NCBI GenBank assembly: GCA_035221665.1
Contig: CM069164.1
Location: 14,508,001 to 14,572,000, forward strand
From: Okamejei kenojei
Taxonomy: Eukaryota
Direction of reading: 5' to 3'
Length of the DNA stretch: 64,000 nucleotides
The notes under the pieces were generated by a model. That model was not told the origin of the DNA and made no database searches. It saw only the letters and a list, made by a program, of their open reading frames with translations. The position numbers and the translations under genes were made by a program. Of the stretch, positions 1-12,739 are shown in pieces (within the stretch, counting starts at the first letter, position 1; each line of letters opens with the position of its first letter).

Positions 1-99
1 TCAATCTCACATGCACAATACCATCCTGACTATTCGCAATCAACTCCTGTCTTTCCAAATTCATGTATATCTTCCCTAGTAATTTCTGAATTTTCTCCA

Positions 100-355
100 G
101 TATGGCGACGGCAGCCTGAAACATCGGGCCGCCGTTGCGGCGACTGCGGAGGCCTCAATAGGCCCGACCATGGGTGAACAAGAGGAAGAGGACAGGACTT
201 TGCTGCCTTCCATCACAGTGGGAACCATTGTGGGGGGATGTTTTTATGTTTTGTGTTAAATTTTTTCATGTTGTGTTTTATTCTTATTGATGTGCTGCAA
301 ATGGCAACTCAAATTTCACTGGTGTATGTGACAATAAATGTCCTTTGTCCTTTGT
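100..355 (+). mobile_element. non-autonomous retroelement fragment with Rex1/L2-type 3' tail
   Basis: Ends in aatttcactg...gtgacaataaa plus (tgtcctt)n; tail shared with 24160-24196 and 24860-24995. Confidence 0.55.
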
Positions 356-1035
356 TTTTGTCAGTAACTTTCCTACCCCTTATATTAGTCTTACTGGATT
401 TCTTTGCAGATTTACTTAAAATAGAGGTACAACATTAGTCATGCTTCAGTCTATTGGCATCTCACTCATGTCTAACGATGATTCATATATCTCAGCCAGG
501 ATTCCTGCAATTCTCTAACTTGCCATAGTGTCCTTGGATTAATCTGATCAGGCCTGTGAGATTTACCAACCTTCATAGTTCAGGAGAAGACCTGTCTTCT
601 GTCTCGTAACCATTCCTCAATCCAAGTTAATATCTCACTCCCAGTCTCATGAGTCTTGATTCTTGTGCAACAAGCTCTTCTACAGCACCCTATTGAATTC
701 CTTTAAAACTCCCAAAAATCTATTCTACCAGATGGATCCTGAAAACAACTATTTATTTTATTTTACTGGTGTTAAATCAACATATACTTAACAATGGATT
801 CTAGCTTTTTTTGTCGCAGATGTTGTGCTAATTAGCTTTCAATTCTCTCTTACAGTTTCTTGGAAAATAGGTGTTGGTTTAATCGAGCATTTCTAATCGG
901 TTTTCTCTTTTTTTGGCGTATGACCAAGCCAAATTGCATAAAAAGATTTATCACATAAATTTGAATTAAAACATTTTGCAAGTTCTTCTGATGTTACTGC
1001 AGATGCATACAAACTAAAATGGTTTTGATTTACAG

Positions 1036-1263
1036 GTCTACAATCAACCTTCACTATGAAGATTCTATCATTTAAAAATAGCACATCCTTCATACTGCTC
1101 AATAATTGCACCTTGATACACCTGTACTGGTTGGAAGGCTCTTCTGAAGCAGATATTTTCGATGGTTTTAAACTTTGTCTGTCTCCTGAGGCCTCTGGGA
1201 GAATAACGGATGGACAGATTTGCCAGGAAATGCTTTTCCTATTGGACAGCGCGGGCTGGATTT
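1036..1263 (+). CDS. SPG11: spatacsin exon 3-equivalent (LQSTFTMKILSF...LDSAGWI)
   Basis: Acceptor tttacag at 1035; donor GTATCCTTT (U12) at 1264; aligns with human LRILSFHNN...LSSLGWI. Confidence 0.9.
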
Positions 1264-1854
1264 GTATCCTTTGTAGTTTTGAACAACTTAATGCAAAGCA
1301 CTGGACAAACTAAAGCCGATCTGCTTTAAGTCTTTAATATATGAGCTGCAAGTCCTCTTTCACTATAGAGAAGGAGTACTCTTGGAGCAGAAATGTAATC
1401 ACTCATCTTGGATCATACTGGATGATGTACAGGCATAGAGAAATTGTTGAAAATCCTTTTGGGATTTCAGTGCTGATAAATCTAACAAGGTGATTTAAAA
1501 AAAAAAAAGTATTCAAAAATGTAATTATCCATTTTTCAATTGCACTCACCAACTTCAGTGCATCAATTGCTTTATTGTATTTACTTTCACTGGTATTCAT
1601 TGAATGGGGTTATTAGCTTGGTTATAGATTCCAACAGAGTGGGAGTAATGTGCTTTCAGTTAAAATGAAACTGTCAGTGAAAGATTTCTATTTATCGTCT
1701 GAACATTCAGATGCAATGGGTCATGAGTATTGCTGCTTTCACCCCAGTGTTTGGATGCATTGAATAAAATATCTATATTTTTTAAATTAAGGCTGTAATT
1801 TGGTTTTAATTAGGTTGTAATTAAATGTGTAATCGGGCAGGAGGGCTTGAAGTT

Positions 1855-2153
1855 GGGGCAGCACGGTGGCACAGCGATAGAGTTGCTGCCTTACAGTGCC
1901 AGAGACCCGGGTTTGACCCTGACTCTGGGTGCTGGCTGTACGTTCTCCCCGTGACCGCGTGGGATTGGGGGTTTTCTCCCACTTTCCGGAGATGTATAGG
2001 TTTGTAGATTAATTGGCTTTGTAAAAATTGTAAATTGTCCCTAGTGTGTGTTGGATGGTGCTATTATATGGCGATCTCTGGTCGGCACGGACTTGGTGGG
2101 CCGAAGAGCCTGTTACCCCATCATATCTCTAAACTTAATTAAACTTAACTAAA
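1855..2153 (+). mobile_element. HE1-type tRNA-derived SINE
   Basis: GGCACGGTGGCACAGCG...GTTGCTGCCTTACAG...CCCGGGTT head; tatctctaaact(taaac)n tail; about 10 related copies in the window. Confidence 0.85.
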
Positions 2154-2185
2154 AGGTTACACTCCACCAAGCTCATAAACATCTA

Positions 2186-2395
2186 GGGTACACAAAAAGC
2201 TGGAGAAACTCAGCGGGTGCAGCAGCATCTAAGGAGCGAAGGAGATAGGCGACGTTTCGGGTCGAGACCCTTCTTCAGACTGGTCAGGGATCAGGGAAAC
2301 GAGAGATATAGACGGTGATGTGGAGAGATAAGGAACAATGAGTGAAAGATATGCAAAAAAGTATCGGTGATAAAGGGAACAATCAGAAACATCTA
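2186..2395 (-). mobile_element. Penelope-like element 3' (pLTR) fragment with hammerhead-like core
   Basis: Minus strand reads CTGAAGA-A-GGGTCTCGACCC-GAAACGTC (2251-2278), then gatgctgc...gagtttctccagc. Confidence 0.75.
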
Positions 2396-3551
2396 CTTTC
2401 CTATGTGACTGTGATGCGGCTGCAAGCAAGATGTTGTACCTGTACCTCACCGTATTTTTAGTAATGACCTGTAAACTGGACTTGTCTTGGTTTGCTAAAA
2501 GGAATTCGAAAGGCAGAGCTGAAAGAACAGCATATGACAAGTGTTAACCCATCACAGTACATCTTTATGCACATTAATTTTGAAAAAAATGTCTGTTGAT
2601 TGTTAGTTTAAAAAGATTAATCGCCATTCTCCAAACTTAATTTCTGACTACTTGGTTTATTTTTCTCCATAGCTCCAAGGTAGTGTGGAAGATAGTTTCA
2701 AGTTTGCTTATCTTTACCTTTCGGGAGTCTTGCTTCATCTCTGCCCAACATTACTTTTTTTTGGTCCCAATTACATTTGACTTGGGAGAGTTAATTATAG
2801 AATGAGGATCTCATTGCCTACGCTGCTGCCTTATGTTTAGCTTATTACTTGGAGGAAATAGACCTAAAAACAGATTTTCATATGAACATTTGAAAGACAG
2901 ATGAGGCAGCTAATTCGCTAAGCATGAAAGGCAATGGAACATACTCATAGATGCAACACTAACGTAGCAGGAAAGGAAAACAGGAAAATATATATCAAGT
3001 ATTATTTTGCTGTTGTCCTCTTTACTAATCAACGGATAGAAAGTATAACTATATTTTGTGTTTTATGATCTTTGAGTGGCAGAGCTGCCTTGGTTATCTT
3101 GTAATTGGAAAAGAAAGCATGTTCTGCTCAGAATATTGAAATCTGATTCATACACACACCTATGAATATTATAGAGGTAAAAGCCAAGCTGCAAAGGCAG
3201 CAAGCCGCACAAATTAACAGCTGTGCTTTGAATTTGCAGCGGATCTATGTGGCACTTGTCCAGATCAGTTTTGTTATTCTGGCAACTGAGTGGCTTGTGA
3301 GGTGTGAAGTCTTTCACATGGGATTGGAGTTATGTGTCGGCCAAACCCATGAGAGTCATGAAAGCCGTGGTTTCTTTCAGTGAACCAGATGGATTTTTAC
3401 AACTGAGATTTTTATGCTAATATTTTGGGTGCTGGCCCAAAACATCCCGATTTACTGGATCCAAATGCAGATTTGCCAGATTGAAGCCATTGCTGAGTTT
3501 AGTACCTGTTTATCCATTGTTATAAAATTCCTTAATATTATGCTTTTTCAG

Positions 3552-3750
3552 ATATTTATGATACTGTAGATGGCAAACAGCTTGGGAATGTTAATCTTGC
3601 CCTCTGCCAGATGGGAGTGTGTGAAGAAGCTCATGATGCCTGTGACTTAACCTGTCTGAGCAGACTTGGGTTATCGCCTGACTTGGATGTTGTTGTGGCT
3701 GTGAACTGCTTTAACCATGCTATTTGTGTCAGCTTGAATACTTTTTTCAG
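3552..3750 (+). CDS. SPG11: spatacsin exon 4-equivalent (YIYDTVDGKQLG...SLNTFFR)
   Basis: tttttcag acceptor, gtatat donor; aligns with human YIFDVVDG...LNLYFR. Confidence 0.93.
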
Positions 3751-4094
3751 GTATATTAGTTTTTATATTTTTACTATCAAAGTAGAAATCATCAGAATAT
3801 CCATCACTATTTATCAAGTTGCTTCACAAAAGAATAGAACGTGAGAAATATATCACACGAGAAGATAGTTCAATTTCATCCTCCTCAGTAAATACTGCTT
3901 CTGGCATCATAACAGGATTCCTTTCACTCCTGTCTATTAGTGCCCCATGTCAACTGATGCCTGCTTTTTTTTCATCTGGAGCTAAATGTTGACTTTAGTA
4001 GGAGACTTCACGACACTACTGGAATGCTTCACTTGACACTTGACATTTTTGCCCCTTGGGTATTAGACTCCAAATGGAAATTTGAGTCTGGCAA

Positions 4095-4330
4095 GTCACA
4101 GGTAGATAATACGTGAGGGGGCTTTGATTGGCACATGGGTGGACAAAGACTGGAGATGTAGAGGAGATAAAAGCATGTCAGGAGAGGTTCTCGGATGTCC
4201 TAGAATGGAAAGCCTCAGCGGATGTGGTGGAGATGGAGAAATTCCAAGTAGGAGATGGAATCCTTGCAAGAGGCAGGATGAGGAGGTGTAGTCAAGATAA
4301 CTGGGAGTCAGTGGGTTTGGAGTAGATTGT
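4095..4330 (-). mobile_element. Penelope-like RT fragment, degenerate
   Basis: ORF 4096..4398 contains SYLDYTSS, matching the PLE motif (H)SYLDYTSSHP. Confidence 0.65.
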
Positions 4331-4551
4331 AATCTGTTGTGCTTTACATTATAATTACAGTAGCCATTGTGCGCTTTTACAGAGATGAAATAATGCATGA
4401 CAATTTTGAAATAACATTAACTGCGGATAATATTATAGGTCCACTGGTGTTTAAAACAAAAGTTTAAAGATCTACTACTTTAGTGGAGGTTCATTAAAAA
4501 TTGAGGATATATTTATTTGTGAAATATCCTGTTGTGTTATTCTTCTTACAG

Positions 4552-4692
4552 AGAACATCCTGATGACTTACTATGCACCAGTAAAGGGTCTAATAATGAC
4601 TCTTTGAGAGCTCCCACTGGCGTCGATGAGGATGACCTTACTAGTTCTGTTTATAGTGAAAAAGTGCTCAATTTACCATTTCAAACAGATAG
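4552..4692 (+). CDS. SPG11: spatacsin exon 5-equivalent (EHPDDLLC...PTGVDEDD...FQTDR)
   Basis: cttacag acceptor, gtaagg donor; GVDEDD motif conserved; absent from the ORF track. Confidence 0.93.
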
Positions 4693-4906
4693 GTAAGGTT
4701 GGAAACTCAGAGCTGATTGCACTTTAATTTATTTCAAGTGAAATGAGTTAGGAATTACAAATATTATAAATGTATATTTTGAAATAATTGGACAAAATCC
4801 AAAGGGACAATTAGAATGTTTTTATGCTGCCCTTTATAACTTGAAAGATATTGCTTGAAAGGCAGAAGGAAGCAAATTAATAAAGAACTTTCAAAAGAAA
4901 CAGAGA

Positions 4907-5204
4907 GGTACAGTGTCACAACGGTAGAGTTGCTGCCTTACAGCGCCAGAGTCCCGGGTTCGATCCTGACTACCGGTGCTGTCTGTACGGAGTCTGTATA
5001 TTCGCCCTGTGTCCCCGTGGGTTTCCTTCGGGTGCTTTGGTTTCCTCCCCACATTCTGAAGTCGTACAGGTTTGTAGGTTGATTGGCTTCTGTAAAAATT
5101 GTAATTTGTCCCTAGTGTGTAGGATGTTGCTCATGTACGGGGTAAAGGCTGGTTGGCAGGGAATCGTTGGGCCGAATAGCCTGTTTCAGCACTGTATCTC
5201 TAAA
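4907..5204 (+). mobile_element. HE1-type SINE
   Basis: Same head, body and tail as 1855-2153. Confidence 0.85.
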
Positions 5205-5463
5205 GTCGACAGAAGACATTTGTAAGGTCTTGTGCAAAGAGCTGGAGAGGGGGCTGTTGCTAAGCTTTATCAAATGTTTAGAACATATACAATGGATTGA
5301 ATGGTCTTCTTTGTGCTCTATGGTTTTATATTGCACATTTGCTCCTAACGTATTTTAATATGTAGATTCAATAGCTGATTAACGTTACAGCAATACAAAG
5401 TTTATTGTATGAAAGTATGAATTTATAGGAGTAAGTAAATTAAATAATTTATGTTTGACTAAG

Positions 5464-5885
5464 ATCCTGGGCAGCCCGATTGCGAGATTTCTACAATAAG
5501 ACTAAAGTCTCGTTGGCAGAAGAATTCCAGACAAGATCATCCACTCCGTGGTATCATGATGTGTCCAGTTCCAATTCAAATATTGCACCCTGTCACATCC
5601 GTTCTCATAAATCTAACACTTTTGGACAGAAGGGGGACCTAAACAGTCAAGAAAGTAAATGCCACAGAGTCTTGCACCTGCAGGGACTCAAGGAATCCAT
5701 GATTATAGAGACCGTATCTGTTTCCGGATTCAGTGTTTTACTCACCCTTGTTGCTCCCGACTCTGGAGCGTTGACCATCGCATTCTGGGACTTACAAACC
5801 GAAGAAGTGACGTACCATCACATTGATGGCCATTCCTTGCCAGTGGAAGGAGGCGGCAAAGATGAATTATGTCTGTTTCTCACAG
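5464..5885 (+). CDS. SPG11: spatacsin exon 6-equivalent (SWAARLRDFY...ELCLFLT)
   Basis: gactaag acceptor, gtaagc donor; VSVSGF, FWDLQT and LCLFLT match human; ORF 5480..5905. Confidence 0.92.
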
Positions 5886-6539
5886 GTAAGCATTTGATAT
5901 TTTAAAATAAATATTTATGCAGTTTTTTAAAAATCACTTCTATCATATACTTTTCCAAGCAATTCGCGTTAATTCACAATTTTGAGATGTCTTCCTTGCT
6001 GGCCGAATGCAGCTGCTGTTCCATGCCAGCAGTGTTATATTGACCACTATGAGAAGAATGAGATTGATGCTGCTTTTTCCCCAGCAGCGTGTCTTGGTAT
6101 GAGGTTGGTTGGCTGTGAAATGGTTGCAAAGTAGATAGTAATATTAATTCTCCACCAAGACAGCTCCCTAGATTGAACGTGTGGCAGACAGCTGGAATTT
6201 CAATTTAACATCATTAGCTGAAGGACGTTTAATCTTGCAAATCCTTATTCCCATTAAGGGTCATACTGACACGAGTAGTATATCAGTGTTTCAGTATACA
6301 CAGCAGTCCTACTTGCTGGATCTATGTGCAGGAAACAGAATCATTAACAACGAGAACAGGCTGGCTGTGAATTGTGTATTGCATGGGCCAGGACATGAAG
6401 AGTGTTCTCTGTGATTTGAGCCGAGAACAAAGTTGTGCAGAGATTATTTGGGATAAATGCATGCCCATTTAACCCATTTCATCATGGCATAGCACTGAAA
6501 GGAAATCACTTAGCGTGTCGTGCTTGGACATGCACCTTG

Positions 6540-6840
6540 ATTGAATTAGGACTAGGGGCCATCGCCTCTGAATAAAAGGATGTACCTTTACAAAGGAGAT
6601 GAGGAGCAATTTCTTTAGTCAGGCGGGTGGTGAATCTGTGGAATTAATTGCCACAGACGGCTGTGGAGGCCAAGTTAATGGATATTTGTAAGGCGGAGAT
6701 TGACAAATCCTTGATTAGTAAGGGTATTAGGAGTTACGGAGAGAAGGCAGGAGAATGGGGTTGAGAGGGAAAGATAGATTAGCCATGATGGAATAGTGGA
6801 GTAGATTTGATGGGCCGAATGGCCTAATTCTGCTCCTATC
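6540..6840 (+). mobile_element. CR1 (HER1-like) LINE 3' end
   Basis: gtggtgaatctgtggaatt...gggccgaatggcctaattctgctcctat, the typical CR1 ORF2 C-terminus and 3'UTR. Confidence 0.8.
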
Positions 6841-7808
6841 CCATTCATCCCACTTCCAGCCCTGCTAATGTTCTGAAACTGGGTTCTGAAGGGGTAGAGT
6901 GACCATAAACTGTTTGTCTACAAAACAGAAAATCATAAATTGCGGAAAGCTCATCAGGTGAGATGGTATATATGGGGAGAGAAACAGCATTAACATTTCT
7001 GATTCACGATCTCATCAGAATGTTCCATTCGGGATGATGTCTGACCTGAGTATTTCCAGAATTTGTAATTTTTTTAACGTTTGGTTTATTTTATTTTCCC
7101 TTTATTTTCCTTTCAGCACAAAACAGGCCCTTGAGCCCAACTTGCTCACGCTGAGTATTTGGTCATATACAGTTATTCCATTTGCCTGCATTTTGCCCAT
7201 ATCCATTTAAACCGTTCCCATTTCATCTATCTATCCAAATGCCTTTTGTTTTTGTACTTGCTTCAAATACTGATAGAAGTGTCAGTGTAGATTTGGTACA
7301 GCCTATCTCTGGAGTGGGACTTGCTGCACAGATTTAGAGATTATTGTTGTGATTTAATGAGGCAAGCCAGTATCTAGATTAAAGGGCTATTGCTTCTGTG
7401 GGAACATATCAACATTGAATATATTTAAGAGTTTAATTTAAACTGCTTTCTGTGTTAGCGAGTTCCACATATTCACCACGAACTGGGAGAAGGAATTTCT
7501 CCTATCTCAGTCTTGCTCTTATCCTTTAACTGACCCCAGCACCTGTGTTCCTTGATGTTTGGGAATATTCTTCCTGTGTTTAATTATTCAGTATAGTTAA
7601 CACTTTTTAGGTTTATGAGAGTTCTTGAATTTAAAAACTAGAACTTTAAATATATTTGTACATGGTTACAGTACATTGTGGGAAAGTTTAAGACTACAAA
7701 CACTTTACTCTTACAGTTATGAATATGAACACCTGGCTTGTGTACAACCCATTCATACAACCAAGTCTTTGGCAGCCTGGTGGGATGGATTTGGCGGCTT
7801 TACCTGAC

Positions 7809-8075
7809 TTTCAAAATACCACATGGAAACAGGCCCTTCAGCCCACTAAGTCCGTGCCGACCAGTGATCACCCCATACATTAGCACTGTCTTGCAGAGTA
7901 GAATTTACAATGAAGACAGAAGCCAATTAACCTACAAACCTGTATGTCTTTGGAGTGTGAGGGGAAACTGGAGCACCCAGAGAAAACCCACACTGCCATG
8001 CGGACAGCACCCGTAGTCAGGATCGAACTCGGGCCTCTGGTGGTGTAAGGCAGCAAATCTACCACTACCCTGTTG
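7809..8075 (-). mobile_element. HE1-type SINE
   Basis: Reverse-complement copy (ggaaacaggcccttc...gtaaggcagc). Confidence 0.85.
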
Positions 8076-8791
8076 CGGGCTGCAGCCATTTTCTGCTGTG
8101 CGTGAACTCAGTTTGCAGCGATATCTGGCTTAAATCCGAGTTGAATGCTGTGGTCTAACTTATTAGTTATGTCAGTCTTCAGGAATGGAACTCCACCGTA
8201 ACCTAGGGAGGACCTGTAATCCCAAAAGTCCCAATTGTTTAAAAGCTGCTATGGTAACACTCAAGTACGCCAATGAGTGAGAGCTGCATAATTTCAAAAG
8301 GAATGGTTCCTAAATGGAATTGACAGAATAATGATTGCATTCAACATATATCTTCATTAACTGTTCTGCCTCTCACTTGTACTCTGTCCTCCCTACCCCC
8401 TCCTTTTGGTGTGCTGGGCGATTAATTCACAGGAACTGTAGTCTTTTTTATATCTGCATCTTGATAGTTATTTGCCTAAAGTGCACCAATGTGTCCATAC
8501 AGCAGGATAGCTGTTATGCACCAATATCCTAGATCTTGAGGTCAACCACCCCCAACTGTTGCCTTCCCAACTGAGTTCTGGTATTGCCAGACTAACTGCA
8601 AATCAATCAGCACTTCCCGAAAGTTGTGATGCAGACTGCCCAGCGTAAAATTAGTCATTTGGGAAGTTGGAATTTGGGAAGTTTTTCATTTGAGAAGTAA
8701 AAATGACATAAAATAACTAAATTAAGCTTCGAAGCCTTCATTCATTTTAATAGAAACATTCACTTTTGTATTTCAAATCTAATTTGTTTAG

Positions 8792-8937
8792 ACGCTGGCC
8801 TTTCCATGGTGGTGTTTGGTTTCTCACAAGAAGACCTCTTGAATCGTTTAATGATTTATGGGAAAGCAGGCATCGTTGACTCAATGTGCCATCTCAATAA
8901 TTGGAATCGATGTTCAATTCCCATTCATGCATTAGAG
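8792..8937 (+). CDS. SPG11: spatacsin exon 7-equivalent (AGLSMVVFG...CSIPIHALE)
   Basis: tttag acceptor, gtaagg donor; 146 nt; strongly conserved. Confidence 0.96.
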
Positions 8938-11249
8938 GTAAGGGGAGACTGAAGGCTTCCAATTTAAAAGCATGTGTCAGTAATATTTTAATGGAAATGT
9001 TGGGTAACATGCACGTCGATCCATTAATAGCTTGCGTGTATATACTATAGTACCTATTAAAGTAACAAAATGGTGCTCTGAAGAAAATTACCAGATTGCA
9101 ATACTGCCAATCCAGGAGCAAATATGAATCTATAAGAAAAGTAAGATGAGTAACAGAATAGGATAAAGGAAGGAAGGTTTTGGATGAGTTCAGTTTTATG
9201 CACAATATTGTAATGTGCAGAAGTTGAAGGAAATTTTGAACCTCTTCACTTGCCATGGATGCTCCTGATTCCCTGATAAGTTTCCCTGATTTAAGATTCC
9301 TTTTGAGTATAATTTTGCCCCAACAATGTAAATGAGTAAAGAACAACTCAACTGCTCTTCCTAATTTACTTGAAATTTGTCTGATGATTTCCTTATTTAT
9401 AACAAAATCACAGAAAATTGGTTTTCTTTATGATATATATGGTAGGATCATTGGATTGACAATCGAGAGTCGAGAATTGTAATCACTTCATTATGGCTCT
9501 GGAATTTGAATTTAATAAATAAGATGGATTTTATTATAAAGGTGGTCATTAGTAGTGCAAACTCTCAGACTGTCATAAAACCCCCATCTGGTTCATCAGT
9601 GCCCTTCAGTCTGACTTGTATGTGACTCCAGACTCACAACAGTGTGGTTGACTCTGAAAGGGCCAACAATTCCTCTCTTAACCAGCTAGTACTCTTCGGC
9701 AGCTATTACTTTGCTAGTAATGCTCGCATTCTGGAAGTGAAATAAATAATTATTGCTCCCGTTGCTGTTGCTTGAAGCATCTTATATTGAAAGAATTAGG
9801 TATGAAAACTGAGCACTTTGTTAACTGCCACATCTGCCAACGCGGCTTAATATTTTTTTAAATTACATTTCTTTAACTGGATTTTCATGAAACTTGCTGA
9901 GTGATGTGCTGATTTATTCCCATTACACGGTTTTACACAAAAATAATTGCATACCTTTCTCTCAAAGTTCTCTGTGTTGATCACAACTTTTCAAGTTGGG
10001 AATTGACAAGTGTAGCGCTGTGGTTATTAATTGTCTTTTTAAAAATATGTTTCCCTGACATCAAATTGTCTGGAAACAGTAGAACATGTTGTAACTGAGC
10101 CAAAAAAACAAAGTCATAAATCCCCTTGGAAATATTTATCTAACCTGCATGGTGACATTAATGTGTTTGGTTTGGTAAAGTTCTCCCATGTTCGGAGGAA
10201 CTCATCTACTTTACAACAGTGGGGGGGCTTTAGTCACTCTGCTGAGCCATATATTATGACCTTTAATCTCCAGTTTCAGGAAGGAATATGATATCTGCAC
10301 ACTCGCAATGTCTTAGCAGCCATGGTTTCTAGTTTCTTTCTTATACTATTAGATTTCTGCACCATCTGGAAAAGAAAAGATTTCTGCAGAACATATTTGG
10401 ACAAATATTTTAAATGTTAACAATAATCTCCTTGTCCTGGCTTATTGTAGATTGTGAGCTTCTCTGATATTGGCCTGATTTAGTGCTGCAGGAATGTCCT
10501 CATGGTGAGCCATGCAGCTACTAAACCGGAACAGTGCAGCGTTGGGGTTGGAGGGGTGGTGGAAAATATATTGAAGAAGAGCATTTTTACATAAAATATT
10601 AATGTCGCTTGACACTGTTTAATTTAATTTTGTATTCCCAGTGCAAATAACGTAAGTACCTGAAATTCGCGAGTGCCTTAATAGGTAAATTAATCTTGCA
10701 ATTTGAAAAGACAGAGTCTGGTCCGGGGACATTTGTTCTTGCTGCACAGTCAATAGAGTAATGAATGTGTGGTGGAATTTGGGAAGCCTACCTCCTCTGT
10801 CTAACACTTAATAATCCCCATTGTTTAAAGATTAGAAGTAGACATTCTATAAGATTGAGGAATGTGATTAGTATAATTTCTACATGAAGAAGGAAAGGGG
10901 CCCCAGCACTTTGTTTCTTTTTTTTTCTATGCTGCATGAACAGTTGAGTTACTCCAGCACTTTCCCACTTTCTCCAGCCTGTTTTTGTAAACCAGTACTT
11001 GCAGTTCCTAGTTTCTACATGAGCAGCTTGTCCATCTTGCAAAATTCCAGCAAAGTCACAAAATATTCACTAACAGTGATCAGCAAAGACTTTTATGTGT
11101 AACATTAATATAGAACACCACAGCCAATCAATATCATGGGAGATAGAGAAAGTACAAAAGATAGTTGTTCAGGACCTACATTTGAAAGAGACATTTTGAA
11201 AATACAGATGAGTTTTATTTGACTGTTTGCAAGGTTAGTTTAAGACATA

Positions 11250-12430
11250 ATACATAGGATGCAGAAGCAGGCCGTTTGGCACCAAGTCTTCCCTGCTATC
11301 ATCTAGATCATGGCTAATCTTTTTTCTCAGCATAATTTTCCTGCCCCATTACCTTTGATTTCCTTAATATCCAGAAAACCTGATTTATCTGAATAAATTC
11401 AATATCTGACCTTCCAGATTACTGTATTTCAAAGATTAACTAGACTTTGTATGAAGGAATGTTTCCTAATCTGTGTTGCAACTGGCCTATTTGTAATTCT
11501 GAGACTGATTCCTGATTTTAGATTCTTCAGTCAGGGGAAATATCATCCCTGCATCCGCCCTGATGAACCCTGTAAAAGTTTAATAAATTACAATGAGTTG
11601 TCGCAATCTTCTTAATTCCAGGAACTGTAATCTCTCCTCATAGAGCCAATCCACCATCCCAGCACCCTCTCTATGAAGGTATATCCCGTATATAAGGTCC
11701 TGAAGGTATAAATCTGTATAAATATCTCCATTTGTGGTCTCACCAAAGCTCTAATCTTCACTGGACTACACTAACCTTGCCATATACCTTCCCGACTACT
11801 TGCCTGCTCCTGCATGTTGGCTTTCATTGCCTTTTGTACAATTCTAAATCCCTTTGAACACTATCAATGCCCATTCTTTCATCACTAAAAATATTATCTT
11901 TGGGCACCAGAGTGGATAACCTCATTTTTTCAAGTTATTTTACATCTGTTACGTTGTTGTCTGGTCACTTAGTTTGTCTACTTCCCCACAAAGTCTTTTT
12001 ACATTTTCCTCTCCCCTCGCAATCCTACCTAGTTCTGTATCATCAGCAAATATGGAAATATGACGTTGGTGCTTGTAGGCAAATCATTGATGTACATTAT
12101 CAACAGCTGGGGTGCCAGCATCTATCCCGGAGGTGCCAGTCATAGCCTGAAAAGGACAAATTTATTCCCATTATTTACTTTTTGTTTAATGACTGTTTCT
12201 CACTCTGTCAGTGTATTACTCTAGCTCTATATACCCTGCCCTTGTTGATCAATGTCCTATGTTAGACTTTTCCAATAGCCACCTGAAAATCTAAATGCAT
12301 CAAAACCGCTGCTTCCTCCTTCCCTATTGTACCAGTCAGATCCTTCAAATAAGTTCAGTAGATTAGTCAAATTAACTTTCCTTTCATATATCCATGCGAA
12401 CTCTGCTCAATTCTATTATTTTTACAGTGT
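11250..12430 (-). mobile_element. old CR1 LINE fragment
   Basis: Degenerate reverse-complement CR1 ORF2/3'UTR motifs (tgtggtctcaccaaag, agtggataacctcat). Confidence 0.55.
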
Positions 12431-12739
12431 TTTGTTATCAGTACTTGGCCTCTGGCTTTCTGTGCCTTAATAATTCAAGTTCTCCTCTGATGTTTAAATG
12501 TAATGAGTGTCTTGGTCTTCACCATCCTCTCAGGTAGTGCATTCCAGCTTCTGTTCACCATCTGGATGAAACAAATCCACAGATATCCTCTAAACCCTCT
12601 CATCCCTGCCTTAAATCCATATCCTGTGTTTTTTGTGCATTTGTGCTAGTAAGAGAAATTTAGCATTATCTATCCTACCCCTGCCCTTTCCATTCTGGTC
12701 TACTCCTATTCTGGTCCAAATATGGGATTTTCCACACTA

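Larger units (their letters stand above)
1264..3551 (+). other. U12-type (minor spliceosome) GT-AG intron
   Basis: 5' site GTATCCTTT (1264-1272) and branch point TTCCTTAAT (3528-3536) about 16 nt before the AG at 3550-3551. Confidence 0.9.

Noticed and set aside
1855-1930. tRNA-like sequence with A/B boxes
   Set aside because: It is the head of a multi-copy SINE, with no complete cloverleaf.
8894-9346. 150-aa minus-strand ORF, and similar ones at 26481..26927, 16966..17406 and 56763..57161
   Set aside because: No recognisable domains. They are antisense or off-frame to SPG11 exons or TE relics and are expected by chance.
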